Source: Dipteris shenzhenensis
Lineage: Eukaryota
Assembly: GCA_047967505.1 (NCBI GenBank)
Contig: CM106538.1
Length of the DNA stretch: 64,000 nt
Strand: one strand, 5' to 3'
The position numbers and the translations under genes are program-made. A model generated the notes under the pieces. It saw only the letters and a list, made by a program, of their open reading frames with translations, was not told where the DNA came from and made no database searches. This document shows, one piece after another, positions 38,301 through 50,789 of this stretch (within the stretch, counting starts at the first letter, position 1; each line of letters opens with the position of its first letter).

Positions 38301-41226
38301 ACATGAGCCAGAATGGAATGAAATTCTTATGCCGTTTGGGTTATGTATCGCATTTGAGTTTCTCTGATTTTGAATTTTGTGAGCATTGTCTCTATGGGAA
38401 GTAGACTAAATCAGCCCATAAAAGAAGGGGAAAGAAAGAGTTTGAAATGCTTGATTTGGTGCATTCAGACGTATGTGGTCCCATGCCTACACGGTCATTA
38501 GGCGGGGCTGAATACTATGTGACATTCATTGATGATGCAACTAGGAAAGTGTGGGCTTATGCTATAGCTCGGAAGAGTGATGTGTTCCAGGTATTTCAGA
38601 AATGGCTGGCCTTGGTTGAGAATCAGTCAGGTAGAATGCTTAAATGTCTACGGACTGACAATGGTGGAGAGTATCTCTCTCATGACTTTCAGCATTTCTG
38701 TGATACACGTGGGATTAAGAGGGAGCTCACATCCCCTCGTACTCCAGAGCAAAATCCAGTTGCAGAAAAGATGAACTGTACCATTCAACAAAGGTTGCAA
38801 TGCATGCTTTCCAATGCAAGTCTTTCTGGTGGTTTTTGGGCTGAGGCAATGAAGACTGCAGTGCATGTGATCAATAGATCACCTAGTAAGAGTTTGGATG
38901 GTGGTATTCCTTAAGAGGCATGGAGTGGCAAGAAGCCCTCTTACTCTCACTTGCATATATTTGGGTGTGAGGCATATGCACATGTGCCAAAAGAGCTTCG
39001 AAATAAGCTAGATCCTAAGTCTAGGAAATGCATCTTTCTAGGTTATGGTGAAAGTGGAGAGATGGGCTATCATCTCTGGGATCCAGAAGCAAAGAAGATC
39101 ATACGCAGCCATGATGTGGTCTTCAATGAGAAGAAGATGCATAAGGCACCCATGAGGGATGTGGAAATGAGGAGAATCACTTTCCAGGATGTGAATCCAC
39201 CTTCATATGTTGATAGACAGCAAGCTATCCATGCACTAAATGTGCAAGAAATGGTACCAACAAGTACTCCCACAGGTATACAATCAAGGGTAGATGATGG
39301 ATCATCTATTGGTGGAAATGATGAGCCAAATGTGGCTGATATGCAGGTGGGACAGCAAGCTGAAATGCCCTTGAGAAGATCTTCTAGAGTGTCTAGACCG
39401 CCTGATAAGTTTGTTCTAGGGGTAGACTATGTGATGCTTACTGATTGTGGGGAGCCTTCTTGCTACAAAGAGGCTATGATGCGCGAGGATCAATGCAAGT
39501 GGGAGTATGCTGTGCAATCAGAGATGAGTTCACTTATGAAGAATAAGACTTGGGACTTGGTTTCTTTGCCACATGGAAAGAAAGCATTGCCATGTAAATG
39601 GGTCTACAAAATGAAGGTCACAGGTGATGATGTGCCTAGGTACAAGGCCCGTTTGGTTGCTAAAGGGTTCAAGCAAGAGAAGGGTGTGGACTTTGATGAG
39701 ATATTCTCTCCGATTGTGAAGATGACCACACTTAGATGCATGCTTGGACTAGTGGCTGTAGAGGATATGGAGCTTATGCAGATGGATGTCAAGACAGCTT
39801 TCTTGCATGGGGATTTGCATGAGGAAATTTACATGGTGCAGCCGGAAGTCTTTGAAGAAAAGGCCAAAGAGCATTTAGTTTGCAAGTTGAAGAAGAGTCT
39901 CTATGGTCTTAAGCAAGCGCCTAGAGAATGGTATCAGAAGTTTGATGCTTTCATTCGGTCCCAGGGTTTTTTTAGGAGTGAAATTGATCACTGCCTCTAC
40001 ACTAAAAGGGCTAAGGATAGTAGCCTGATAATCCTGGCACTATATGTGGATGATATGCTATTGGCTAGCAAGAATACTTATGAGCTAGATGCATTAAAGG
40101 CCAAGTTGCATGAGGCCTTTGATATGAAGGATTTGGGACTTGCAGGTCATATTCTTGGTATGCGCATCACGTGTGATCGGAGTAGGAAACTCCTTTGGCT
40201 TTCACAAAAAGAGTATGTTACAAAAGTATTGCAGCGTTTCAATATGGGGGGGGGAAGGCAGTGAGTACTCCATTGCCTCCATATGTGAAACTGAGTCCTA
40301 CAGATAGTCTCGAATCAAATGAGGAAAGGGCCATGATGGCCAAGGTTCCTTATGCATCAGCAGTTGGGAGTCTTATGTATGCTATGATAGCTACTAGACC
40401 AGACATTGCATTTGCAATGGGAGTTGTTAGCCAGTATATGGCTAATCTAGGAAAGAGGCATTGGGAGGCAGTTAAGTGCATCATGAGGTACATGAAGGGT
40501 GCCAAGGAGATGTGCATCTTCTTTGGTAAAGGAGACATGCGTGTACTTGGGTACACAGATTCGGACTATGCAGGGCATGTGGATAGTGGGAGATCCACTT
40601 CTGGTTATGTGTTCACCTTTGCAAGTGGTGCAGTGTCGTGGATGTCTCGTGCATAGAAGTGCGTGGCTTTGTCTACCACAGAGGCTGAGTATGTTTGCAG
40701 CCACAGAGGGCTGCAAGGAGACTATATGGCTTGATCGGCTAGTGGGAGATTTGGGGATTCATACAGGTGTACCGACATTGCATAGTGATTCCATGAGTGC
40801 TATTCAGCTAGCATGGAATCTGGTCTTTCATGCAAAGAACAAACACATTGAGGTCATGTACCATTTCATCAGGGAGGTACTTGAGGACAAGCGCATAGAG
40901 CTTGTCAAGGTTCATACAGATGATAACCCTGCAGATATGCTGAGGAAGAGTCTGCCTAGTCAACGGTTTGAGTATTGTCGTGTATTGATGGGCATTGGAT
41001 AGTATGCTCATTGGTTGTTCTCCCTTAAAGGCACATTGTCCTTTAAGTGGGAGGTTGTGGGGGATAAAGGTCACTGTGCCTTTACCCCGATTATGTACAA
41101 TACTCAAACACATATATAAATGAATGAAAAAGAAGATTAGGGTGGTTCTGCACCCACCAAAACTTGTGTGGCTCCCTATTTCTCTCTCTCCCTCTTCCGT
41201 TCTTGCTTCTGTTGAGAGCACTCTCA
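35315..41226 (+). mobile_element. Full-length Ty1/copia LTR retrotransposon, copy 2 (same family as 8198-15110), inactivated
   Basis: 171-bp LTRs 35315-35485 and 41056-41226, TSD ATAAC (35310-35314 / 41227-41231), PBS TGGTATCAGAGC 35488-35499, PPT before 41056. Confidence 0.97.
36938..41002 (+). pseudogene. Copia gag-pol polyprotein (copy 2) with in-frame stops and frameshifts
   Basis: CYHCGKKGHMKKDC knuckle, LWHCRLGH, LVHSDVCGP, YKARLVAKGF, LYVDDML, KHIEV; fragmented into successive ORFs. Confidence 0.93.
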
Positions 41227-42384
41227 ATAACTTCTTCAAGCCTATCTTGGAGCTCCTTGATGTGCTTCTCTGCTTCTTCTCTTCTATGCCTTTCCATGTC
41301 GACCATTTTTGCAGTGGCCTCAGCTTGCTCTTGTGCCTACAAGGCCCTCGCTTTTGTCTTCTCTACCTTGGATTCTACACCCTCCCTGAGAATTTTCTCA
41401 AGTTGTGTTGCCTTTGTTGCATCAGTGGCTTTCTCTTGTAGAAGAGTTGCCTTCTGAGACATCTTTTATCGTATTGCTCAAAAATCCCTTTGAGGGTAAA
41501 TGTCATCACATGCATTGCAACTCCAGCAGGATGAGATGACAATGTAGATTTGTCATCCACACAACTCTTCAGGTTGGTCATCATGCTCTTGGAGATAGCC
41601 CTTGAGAAAGATACATCACGTCCTTTCAGTTGCTCTATTGCTGCTCGAACCTGCCAGAACTTCACGGTTCCTCTCGTATCAGAAATGAAGTGCATGTTCT
41701 TCTTCAGCACATCTTGGAGGTCTATTGGCAGGCTTAAAAGCTTGAATCCACCATCTTTACTAATCTAAGCATTGGGGTATACATCTAGAATATCCCGTCT
41801 CTTCCACTTCTTCTTGAAGAAGTTTGCTTGCAAATTTCCTCTAGGAATGCCTAGCGCATTTTCAATCATGATTTTAGTGATGGTAATCTTTTGACCTTGA
41901 CAGAGTATTTGTCCCTCCTTCACGTTCACCTCCTATACCAACCTAATGAAGTTTCTTAGAGCATCCAAATTAGGCTTTTGAAGAGTGAGTGAGGAGCTTT
42001 GAGATGTCAAGATTTCAAGATCAGGGGAGGAGAGGCTCTCGCACTGTGCTGCAAAGAGGGAGGGAAGATTGTGTGAGGACCCAGACTATGCAAGGTCCAT
42101 TACGAGAGGGGATAGAAGTTGCAGGAAGAGTGCAAGAGAGATAGAAATGGAAGGAGAGGAATAGAAGATGAAATAGTGAAGGAAATGGAATAGTGGAGGC
42201 TTAAGTTTGCAGTCCGAGTGCAAGGGAGAAAAAAACGATCGAGACGGATAGAAGACAAAACAATTAAGGGAATGGAATAGCGGAGGCTTAAGTTTGTAGC
42301 TCGAATACAAGGAATTGTCAAGGTGAGTACCACCGCGGTGGTTGGCCCGAATTTTGATTAATTCAAGGTAGCAGTACTACCTTT

Positions 42385-43260
42385 CATGGTAATGAGTGAT
42401 TAGAGGTGATTAGGCTTCATACTTTACGTCTGTGATAATTACTTCCATATTCCATCGGTGGTGGCCACCTATGGTGGCGTCTAAGATTACCAGCCACATC
42501 TATGGTATCGATTAAGATTCCAATGGGTTTGTAGTTAATTACCAGCCACCACCGTGGCTCGCAATTACTCATCTACCAATTACCACCACCAGGCTTGCAT
42601 GCATGATTACTACGAGTGCAGCAAATTATGAGTCACTGGGCCTCCACTAGGCTTGCATGCTCAGTAGAGTACTAGAGTGCATGGTAATGAGTGATTAGAG
42701 GTGATTAGGCTTCATAGTTTACTTTTGTTGGTGGCTCTCATCAGAGCCATGTCTGTGGTGGCTAAGATGCCATCGGGATGGCAGTTAGTTTACTAGCACC
42801 GCAATGACCTGTAGTTACTCACCTTCTAGTTACCACCACTGGGCTTGCATGCATGGTTACTATGAGTGCAATAAATTACCAAGGAGTGGGCTTACATGCT
42901 CAGTAGAGTACTAGAGTGCATGGTAATGAGTGATTAGAGGTGATTAGGATTCATGATTTACTTTTGTGTAATTATTGCTCGGTGGTGGTGGCTCTCATCG
43001 TCCATGGTGTCTAAGATGCCATTGGGTTGGCAATTAATTAGCAGCCACCAAAGTGGCCCATAGTTACTCACTTGCTAGTGACCACCATCAGGATTGCATG
43101 CATGATTACTAGTGAGATGATTAGGCTTCATGATTTACTTTTGTGGTAGTTACTACCCGGTGGTGGTGGCTCTCATCAACCACATCTATTGTGGCTAAGA
43201 TTCCACTGGGTTGATAGCTAATTACCAAGCACCACAGTGGCCTGCTCACCCACCACCGGG
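42385..43260. repeat. Diverged tandem array, units about 195-295 bp (3 full + 1 partial)
   Basis: catggtaatgagtgattagaggtgattagg.ttcat restarts at 42385, 42680 and 42919, partially at ~43113. Confidence 0.85.
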
Positions 43261-44376
43261 TATCTACTTCATGATTATCAGCCCCTCTAGGGTATTCCAC
43301 AATGGTGGCCTGCTACGTTGTTGTCATCCTCCCCTGCTCTACTACTTTCCTCCACACGCTCTGCTACTTTGCTCCACACACCCTCCAATTCTTTTCCGCA
43401 CTTGCTCTACTTTGCTCCATGCTCCCTCCTCCAACTCTCATCACTCATCTGCTCCCCTACTCACCTCCTGCTCACCCATTCATCTTCACCATGCCTAATA
43501 CCACCCCCCCTTAATGCACTGTGATCCCAATGTTATCTACCTTCTCATATAAGGTAATTGTGTTGCACTCACCTGGAGTAGAAATGCTGGCACTAGTGGA
43601 TACCCTTCATTCCCACGGTCAATTCCTCCCATATCTGCATGTCAGCACCTTAGATGACATGCTCACCTTTGGGCTCTACCAAGCAATCAAGCGGACTCGC
43701 GAAGGCAATACATGTGGTTCTGCAATGACGGGACAATACCTAGGATGTTTTTATCGAAGCTATGCTTATATATTAATATAAAATCTTGGCAAAAGCTTTC
43801 AAGCTCATTTTTTTAGTTTCATAATATTGGTAGAAATTGTACTTTTTTATATATTCTTTTTGAATTTTTAAGGAAAAAATGTAAATCGTGGTGAAACTTT
43901 TAATTTTTCTGCATACAAGTTTCAAATCTAGGCGAATGTTTTAAACATTTATTTTTATTAGGGCATACAAACTTTTGACGCCAATATAAAAGCTTAGCTT
44001 CTTAATGAAACTAATTGGAAAAAATCATCCATGATACCTAGAATACATGCTCCTCAATCCAAAATTCCCCGGCTAGAGTTCTACAAGTATGGCCAGTAGC
44101 TTGTGGAACAAATCTCACTGAGGATGAGATAAACTCCCTAGAGATAGGAGGATTTGTTCTACACAAGATACCAATAGAGTCTCCTTCGAATGCGTTGACA
44201 AAATATGAAGAGGGGAGAGGAGAAGAGTGGAGATGAGGAGAGAGGGCACAGCTAGAGAGCACACCACAAATGACTAACTATACACTAGATTTAGTTGAAA
44301 AATAGAATATATACAAACCCTTTTAGGGTTAGGGTTAGGGGTCTAACCCTTTCCTTTATAGAACTCTATAAGGTTA

Positions 44377-44430
44377 GTGCTATGCACATATGATCACGTG
44401 ATGGTGCTATGCACATATGATCACGTGATG
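44377..44430. repeat. 27-bp perfect tandem duplication
   Basis: gtgctatgcacatatgatcacgtgatg x2. Confidence 0.85.
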
Positions 44431-44461
44431 TTGAGCATGAACTCTCAACATGCATCTGCAC

Positions 44462-44835
44462 CAAGATATCAACCAGGAGTCTAGGAAGTTGTAGCTACAA
44501 GGATCAATTATGCCCTTGTTCTAGAAGCAACAGTAAAGTGCCACATAGTATTGAAAGCCTTGAAACATGAATTCTTTAAGATAGAGACTTAAAACTCTAG
44601 AGTGATGGGGGAAAGTAATAATGTCAATGTTTCCAAGACCCAGCATGTACTTGTCGGGATTTCATGGATCAAGTGGCAGAGGGGAAGGCATTCCTTGCAT
44701 GCAAGCATTTGTATTTTGTGTACCTCCGCATGTTTGGGATGTATGCCAATGCGAACATGTTCATACAACAACCCATGCTTTCATATGACGATTTGCAAGT
44801 CATTTTCGGCAACAGGAGAGCATTTCCCAGAACCC
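44462..44835 (+). pseudogene. SWIM zinc-finger protein fragment (probably transposon-associated)
   Basis: PACTCRDFMDQVAEGKAFLACKHLYFVYLRMFG (CxC...CxH) in frame with ORF 44664..44846. Upstream frame broken by stops/frameshift. Confidence 0.65.
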
Positions 44836-45182
44836 CAAATATGTAGCAAAACTATTTATTTGCTTTTTTCCTTGGAACATAATTCCAGGGACAATTATGT
44901 ATCATACACCAATATCATAGAGACATTTGGAGTATTGTTTCCTTTGTAATGTTGGGTTCGATTCACCAAAAAAATGTGTGATTAGCATGGACTTGAATGC
45001 AGTGCTTGTTCTTCTTTCATAAAAGTATTGTTGTTCTTAATGGTTTCTTCTTCTTACACAAAACTCGAGCACAAACCCTAAACCATCATTATTAATTGGC
45101 CAATGCTTGCAAAACGCATCAATATAATGCAAGGCTTTTGAGTTTACAAACAACATGCCATGTACAATTGCTAACAACCAAT

Positions 45183-45222
45183 GAGAGAGAGAGAGAGAGA
45201 GGGGAGGGAGAGTTATATGCAT

Positions 45223-45259
<37 letters not shown>

Positions 45260-45262
45260 GTT

Positions 45263-45293
<31 letters not shown>

Positions 45294-45341
45294 CAGTTTC
45301 AATGTGGTAGAAACAATCCCACACACACACACACGGGTTGG

Positions 45342-45413
<72 letters not shown>
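45183..45413. repeat. Compound (GA)n/(CA)n microsatellite cluster
   Basis: Directly visible; longest GA run about 45344-45413. Confidence 0.95.
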
Positions 45414-45415
<2 letters not shown>

Positions 45416-45904
45416 TAGAATAGGTGGAACAAGAAACAATAGGTTGCCAAAAAAAACTCTCTCCAAAACTCGCTCCTCACACACTCCCATTCGGAATTTA
45501 AAAGCCCCCTCCATACATGTACATACCATGATTACATTAAGTATTTTTTGAACCCCTTCTATTTATAAATGGCACATAAGTCCCCTAAATAAAAAAATCC
45601 CCTTCCTTTAACAAACCTATTACTTTACAAATTTTTACTAAGTTACCCCTCTGGGTAATCCAATCTCAATTCCATTGGGGCAAAATTCAAAGCTTAGCAC
45701 TAATCAAGGAGGATTTAATAGTAGGGAGTCATATCTATGTGATGATCCTTGAGCTATGATATGGGCTTAGAATCAAATCATGTAAGAACTATTGTCTTTG
45801 TGCCAACATGGACTTAGGTAGTACAGAATATGTGTGTAGAGTAGCGGCAAAGCTCCGCTTTACTTTGCATAAGCCTAGGAATAATCTCTCATAGGAATCC
45901 TCAA

Positions 45905-46185
45905 CATGCAAGTTCTATTTGTGATTCCTACATGCGAGTTCTACATGCAACTCCTACATGCAACTCCTACATGCAACTCCTACATGCGATTCCTACATGC
46001 ATGCTCTACTTGTAACTTCTACTTGCAACTCCTACATGCAAGTCCTACATGCGATTCCTACATGCATGTTCTACATGCAACTCCTACATGCAACATGCGA
46101 GTTCTACATGCAACTCCTACATGCAACTTCTATATGCAAGTTCTACATGTAGAGAGAGAATGTCTTACAATTCCTACATGCAAAG
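45905..46185. repeat. About 13-bp minisatellite (consensus CTCCTACATGCAA)
   Basis: Repeated ctacatgc cores spaced about 12-13 bp. Confidence 0.9.
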
Positions 46186-46334
46186 AGAGAAGCTCTCCAA
46201 CTTGTATAAATACCCCGTAATGGAATGAAGCCCACACTGTTTGGGGCATTGTGTTGAGTTCTACTTTGGTATTCCAAGCAATTGGCTCTAGTGTCCATGC
46301 TTCCTTGCACTCCACATCCAAAAGCATCTCCTAA

Positions 46335-46575
46335 CCTTGCAACTCCTCCTCCCCTCTCCTCCAACCTTGCAACCCATACTCTTCCTCTCCTCCTTCCTCC
46401 TCCTCCTCCCTTCTCCTCCTCCTCCTCCCTCCTCCCCCCTTCTCCTCTCCCTCTTCCTCTCCTCCTCCCTCCTCCTCCTCCCTTCTCCTCCTCCTCCTCC
46501 TCCCTCCTCCTCCTCCCTCCCCTCTCTTCTTTCCCCCATGCTCTTACACCTTCTTCCTCTCCCACTCCTATGCTC
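46335..46575. repeat. Polypyrimidine (CCT)n-rich tract with internal duplication
   Basis: Directly visible. Confidence 0.85.
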
Positions 46576-46682
46576 CCCTTAAACCCTTAGTTCCTCAACC
46601 CTTAACCTCCATGATCTATAAGGGAGACGAGTTCTCCACCATGTACTCTACTTTGAACCTTGGATCCTCCTTCTAAGCCTTT

Positions 46683-47340
46683 AACCTCTTCTAAACTCTC
46701 GAACTCTCTCTAAATCTTGGAACCTCCTTCTAAACCCTAAACCTCCCTCTAACCCTTAAACTCCTCCTAAACCCTTCAACCTCCAATGAAGGTGAAAGCC
46801 TTCATTACCTCAACCATGATGATGCACATTCCTTTCACACATGCATGCACTATGTTTGCTTACCACACTTAAGCCTATGTGTGTCACCAGAATGTGACAC
46901 GAGGTCCTACGCTACATGTATGCTACAAACGACAACCCCGATATATCTGTAGGTGACAAAAAGCCTCGGAACCTTGGATACTAAGAATACCCTACTCTTC
47001 CTACGGAAGCTGAACCTCTTCTAAACTCTAGAACCTCTCTCTAAACCTTGGAGCCTCCTTCTAAACCATGAACCTCCCTCTTACCCTTAAACTCCTCCCA
47101 AACCCTTCAACTCTAATGAAGGTGAAAGCCTTCATTACCTCAACCATGATGATGGACATTCCTTTCACACATGCATGCACTATGTTTGCTTACCACACTT
47201 AAGCCTACGTCTCTCACCGAAATACAACTTGAGGTCCTAAGCTACACATATACTACAAATGACAACCTCGATATATCTATAGGTGACAAAAAGCCTTGGA
47301 ACCCTACATACCAAGAATACCCTGCTCTTCCTGCAAAAGC
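46683..47340. repeat. About 330-bp tandem duplication
   Basis: aacctcttctaaactct...gaaggtgaaagccttcattacctcaaccatgatgatg...aagaataccct.ctcttcct begins at 46683 and again at 47013. Confidence 0.9.
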
Positions 47341-48128
47341 CATGGGAAAAAGCCAACCTTGGTGCCGCTGTCAAGGAGACTAGCATCTCAAGTAATGAAT
47401 AAACATACATAAGTATGTGCAAAAAACAAACTACTACAAACTTTCACAAACATAACACTCAAGGGCAAGGAGAGTAAAATTTTTTCCAACTCTAGCCAAA
47501 CATATCAACCCCAAGCATCAACCTTGGAGTACAACCTTAAGAAATTTGCTTTAATAAGCCACTTGATGAACAAATCAGGCTAGGTAATGGACCTGAATAC
47601 GTAAAGCTTGCAATTTTGATCATTTCACCTTTTTACAGAAAAGCGATCCGAGCTAACCATGAAAAGTTAGAACTCGGGAAGAGTTTAGGGTTTAACCCTA
47701 AACCTACACCCATTTCCTATAAAAGCCCACTCCACCCTCTCATTCTTCTTCTTTCACATCTTGTCTCCATCTTCTTCCCCATTCTGAGCCCTACGCAAGA
47801 CACTCCTCCCTCTCCATTGACCACCACCCTACTCCTATCCTCACATGGTGAGTTATTTTGAGCCCTTCTCATAGCAATAACCTAGCCATCCACCCACCGT
47901 CCATTCACCATCAACAATCCCGCTACATCGAGAAAAACTTGGAGAGATTTAAGCTGACTATCTCTTCCTCCTCTTGGGTTTCCATCAAAGTTTTCCATCC
48001 GTCAAGTTTTTCCCTCCCCTGTGATGATAGTGGGAGAGAGGGAAGGAGTCTCACTTGCGGCTTTCTCACATACACAATGGGGGAATACACACAGGTGGAG
48101 GCTGAAAATATTTTTCCTCTTCTTAGTT

Positions 48129-50785
48129 TGTGAAAGCCAAAAGAACTCTAGTACAAAGAAATAGAAGAACCCTATATGTGGGTCTCAAACTAAACTCAAC
48201 TAACTAAGGTGGCATACTAACTGAGCCACAAACTAGAGTAGATAAGGATAGCTATCATCCATGGGTGGTGTACCAACTGCATCTATAGCTAACAAGTCGG
48301 TGACATAAATGCACAACGGTCACCCTGGCATATCGCGAGTGGAGCTCGATATCTCAACACTCCCCCTCGAGCTCAATCCCAATTCTTGCACACCAAGCAA
48401 GTCTCTAAACTTGCGCAGCTTCTCTGCGCCCAATGCCTTCATGAATATGTCAACTACCTGATCCTCTGTGCTGACATAAACTAGATCAATAAGACCTAGT
48501 AAAACCTTCTCCTGCACATAGTGATAATGCACCTCAATGTGCTTTGTTCTAGCATGATAGACTGGGTTATTTGCCAAGTGTATACTGCTCATGTTGTCAC
48601 AATAAATGACAACTGGCCCATCTGTAGATTGATGCATATCATAAAGTAGCTTATGCAACCAAGCTACCTCACAGGCAGCCATTGCTGCACCCCTCTACTC
48701 AGCCTCTGTGCTCGACAAGGCAACTGTAGGCTGTTTCTTACTGCGTGACTGCAGCACTCCCAAAAGAGAACACATATCGACTGGTAGATCGTCTATCAGA
48801 AGTACTACCAGCCCAATCAGCATCAGTGTATCCATGCAACTGTATCTAAACCCCAGCCTCATAAAATAGTCCATACTGCAATGTGGACTTCACATACCTG
48901 AGTATGCGTCTAGCCGCATCCAAATGCGGTTTCCTTGGAGCCTGCATAAACTGACTTACCAATCCAACAGCATAGCTTAAATCTGGCCTAGTAATAGTCA
49001 TATAAATCAAACTTCCTACTATGCGTCTGTACATAGTAGGGTCTTCCACCAGAAGCTCACCTGCATCTATGCTCAGCTTCACATTCTGCTCCAAAGGAAC
49101 TGAAATAGGCTTACAGCCAGTCATCCCATATTTGGACAGCATGTCCAATCCATACTGCCTCTGCAAGAGCTGTATCCCACTTGGTGATCTAATCACCTCA
49201 ATGCCCAAGAAATAACGCAGCTCTCCCAAATCCTTCATCTCAAACTTCTGCTTCAATAGCATTTTCACATGAAGGATATCTTCATCACTATCACCTGTGA
49301 TGATCAAATCATCAACATAAATGACAAGCAGCATAATCCCTTTCTCTATTTTTCTCACATAGAGTGAGAAATCTACCTTGGAAATCTGAAAACCAATAGT
49401 GACAAGATAATGTCCTATCTTGTCAAACCATGCTCTAGGTGCTTGCTTCAAGCCATACAAGGCTTTCTTCAACCTGCAAACAAACTTAGGATGAATAGCA
49501 TGAACATAACCTGCTGGCTGCTCCATAAAGACCTCTTCTTGCAAATCACCATGCAAGAAGGCATTCTTTACATCCATCTGATGTAAAGACCATCCCTTTG
49601 ATGCAGCCATAGCAATGACTGCTCTTACAGTTGCCATCCTTGCAACCGGACTGAATGTTTCTTCATAATCAATGCCATATGTCTGTGCATACCCCTTGAC
49701 AACTAATCTTGCCTTGTATCTATTCACAGAACCATCTGCATTGTGCTTGATCTTATAAACCCACTTACAGCCAATTGCATTCTTGTTTTTAGGCAAAGGC
49801 ACCAATTCCCATGTAGCATTGGCTTTCAAGGCATCCATTTCTTCATCCATGGCTTTCTCCCATTTTTCATTTCCCATGGCTTGCTCAAAAGAAGTGGGTT
49901 CTGGTTCCTGTATCACTTTGACCATATAGGCATAGTGAATGGCTGTAAATCCATCATATTTTAGCGTATCCATAGGATATCTAGATCTGGTAGACCTGTG
50001 CAAAATAGGCTCACTTCCAGGTGCTCTCAAAACATCCCTGATCTTCCTTACTCTAGGTGTAACAACAAAAGGAATACCCAACTCATCATCAATGCTCTGT
50101 TCTGAGCCATTGGATTCACCATCCACATAAGAGTGACCTGCATTCACATCAAACATGGGCTGATTTACCTTCTCTTTTCCTTTTCATGATACTTGCGTAC
50201 CACTATCTGCATTGCTTTGAGGAGATTCTCCTGATCTCAATCTACCTATCCATGGTGAAGTATGTGAACCACTGCTAGAGGACACTGTAGGTCCACTGAT
50301 ATTTTGTTACTTTTGCATTGAATTCTATGCAGCATTGCCATTTTGTGCATCTACATCAATCATCACATTTACTGGTTTATACCAGCTACTCATCTCATCA
50401 AAAAGAACATCTCTGCTCACTGTAAACTTACGAGAAGAAGGGTTATAGCATCTATACCCTTTCTGCTGCAGAGAATAACCAATAAAGACGCACTTCTCAG
50501 CTTTTGGATCCAACTTGGACCTCAACTCATCTGGCACATGAACATAGGCAATGCAACCAAAAATTTTCAGATGAGAAATGTATGGTTTCCTACCAGTATA
50601 CATCTCCTCTGGCATCATGCCATGTATCGCTGCAGTGGGAGTCCTGTTCATTATGTAAACTGCTGTAGCAACTGCTTCAGCCCAATAATAATCTGGTAGA
50701 TCTTTTTCATTTAGCATGGCCCGAGATACCTCTCCAATATGCCTGTTTTTCCTTTCTGCAAGTCCATTTTGCTGTGGGGTCCACT
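48129..50785 (-). mobile_element. 5'-truncated Ty1/copia element (partial INT, RT, RNase H, PPT, 3' LTR)
   Basis: ORFs 50325..50792 (TPQQNGLAERKNR), 48846..50156 (RT: YKARLV, QMDVKNAFLHG, IYVDDL), 48320..48682 (RH: KHIEVHYH). PPT agggggag at 48360-48367. 3' LTR about 48129-48359 with TG/CA termini. Confidence 0.9.
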
Positions 50786-50789
50786 CACA

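Larger units (their letters stand above)
34613..42090 (-). pseudogene. Degenerate coiled-coil accessory ORF of probable retroelement (gypsy-type) origin, split by copia copy 2
   Basis: Minus-strand fragments (KITITKIMIENALGIP at ~41880, ORFs 41375..41710, 41091..41306, 34593..34787) are E/K-rich coiled coil and read across the copia TSD (LEEVI|SH). No RT/INT nearby, so origin is inferred. Confidence 0.45.

Noticed and set aside
42385-43260. CRISPR-like recurrence of a roughly 36-bp motif
   Set aside because: The intervening sequences are homologous to each other and 160-260 bp long, so this is a tandem array in eukaryotic DNA; no cas genes
44032-44450. Solo LTR on minus strand ending ctctcaaca
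   Set aside because: LTR-like composition, but the 5-bp flanks do not match and the other end is uncertain
45037-46590. ORFs with poly-RE, poly-HT, poly-P/E/G
   Set aside because: Translations of microsatellites and CCT tracts, not genes
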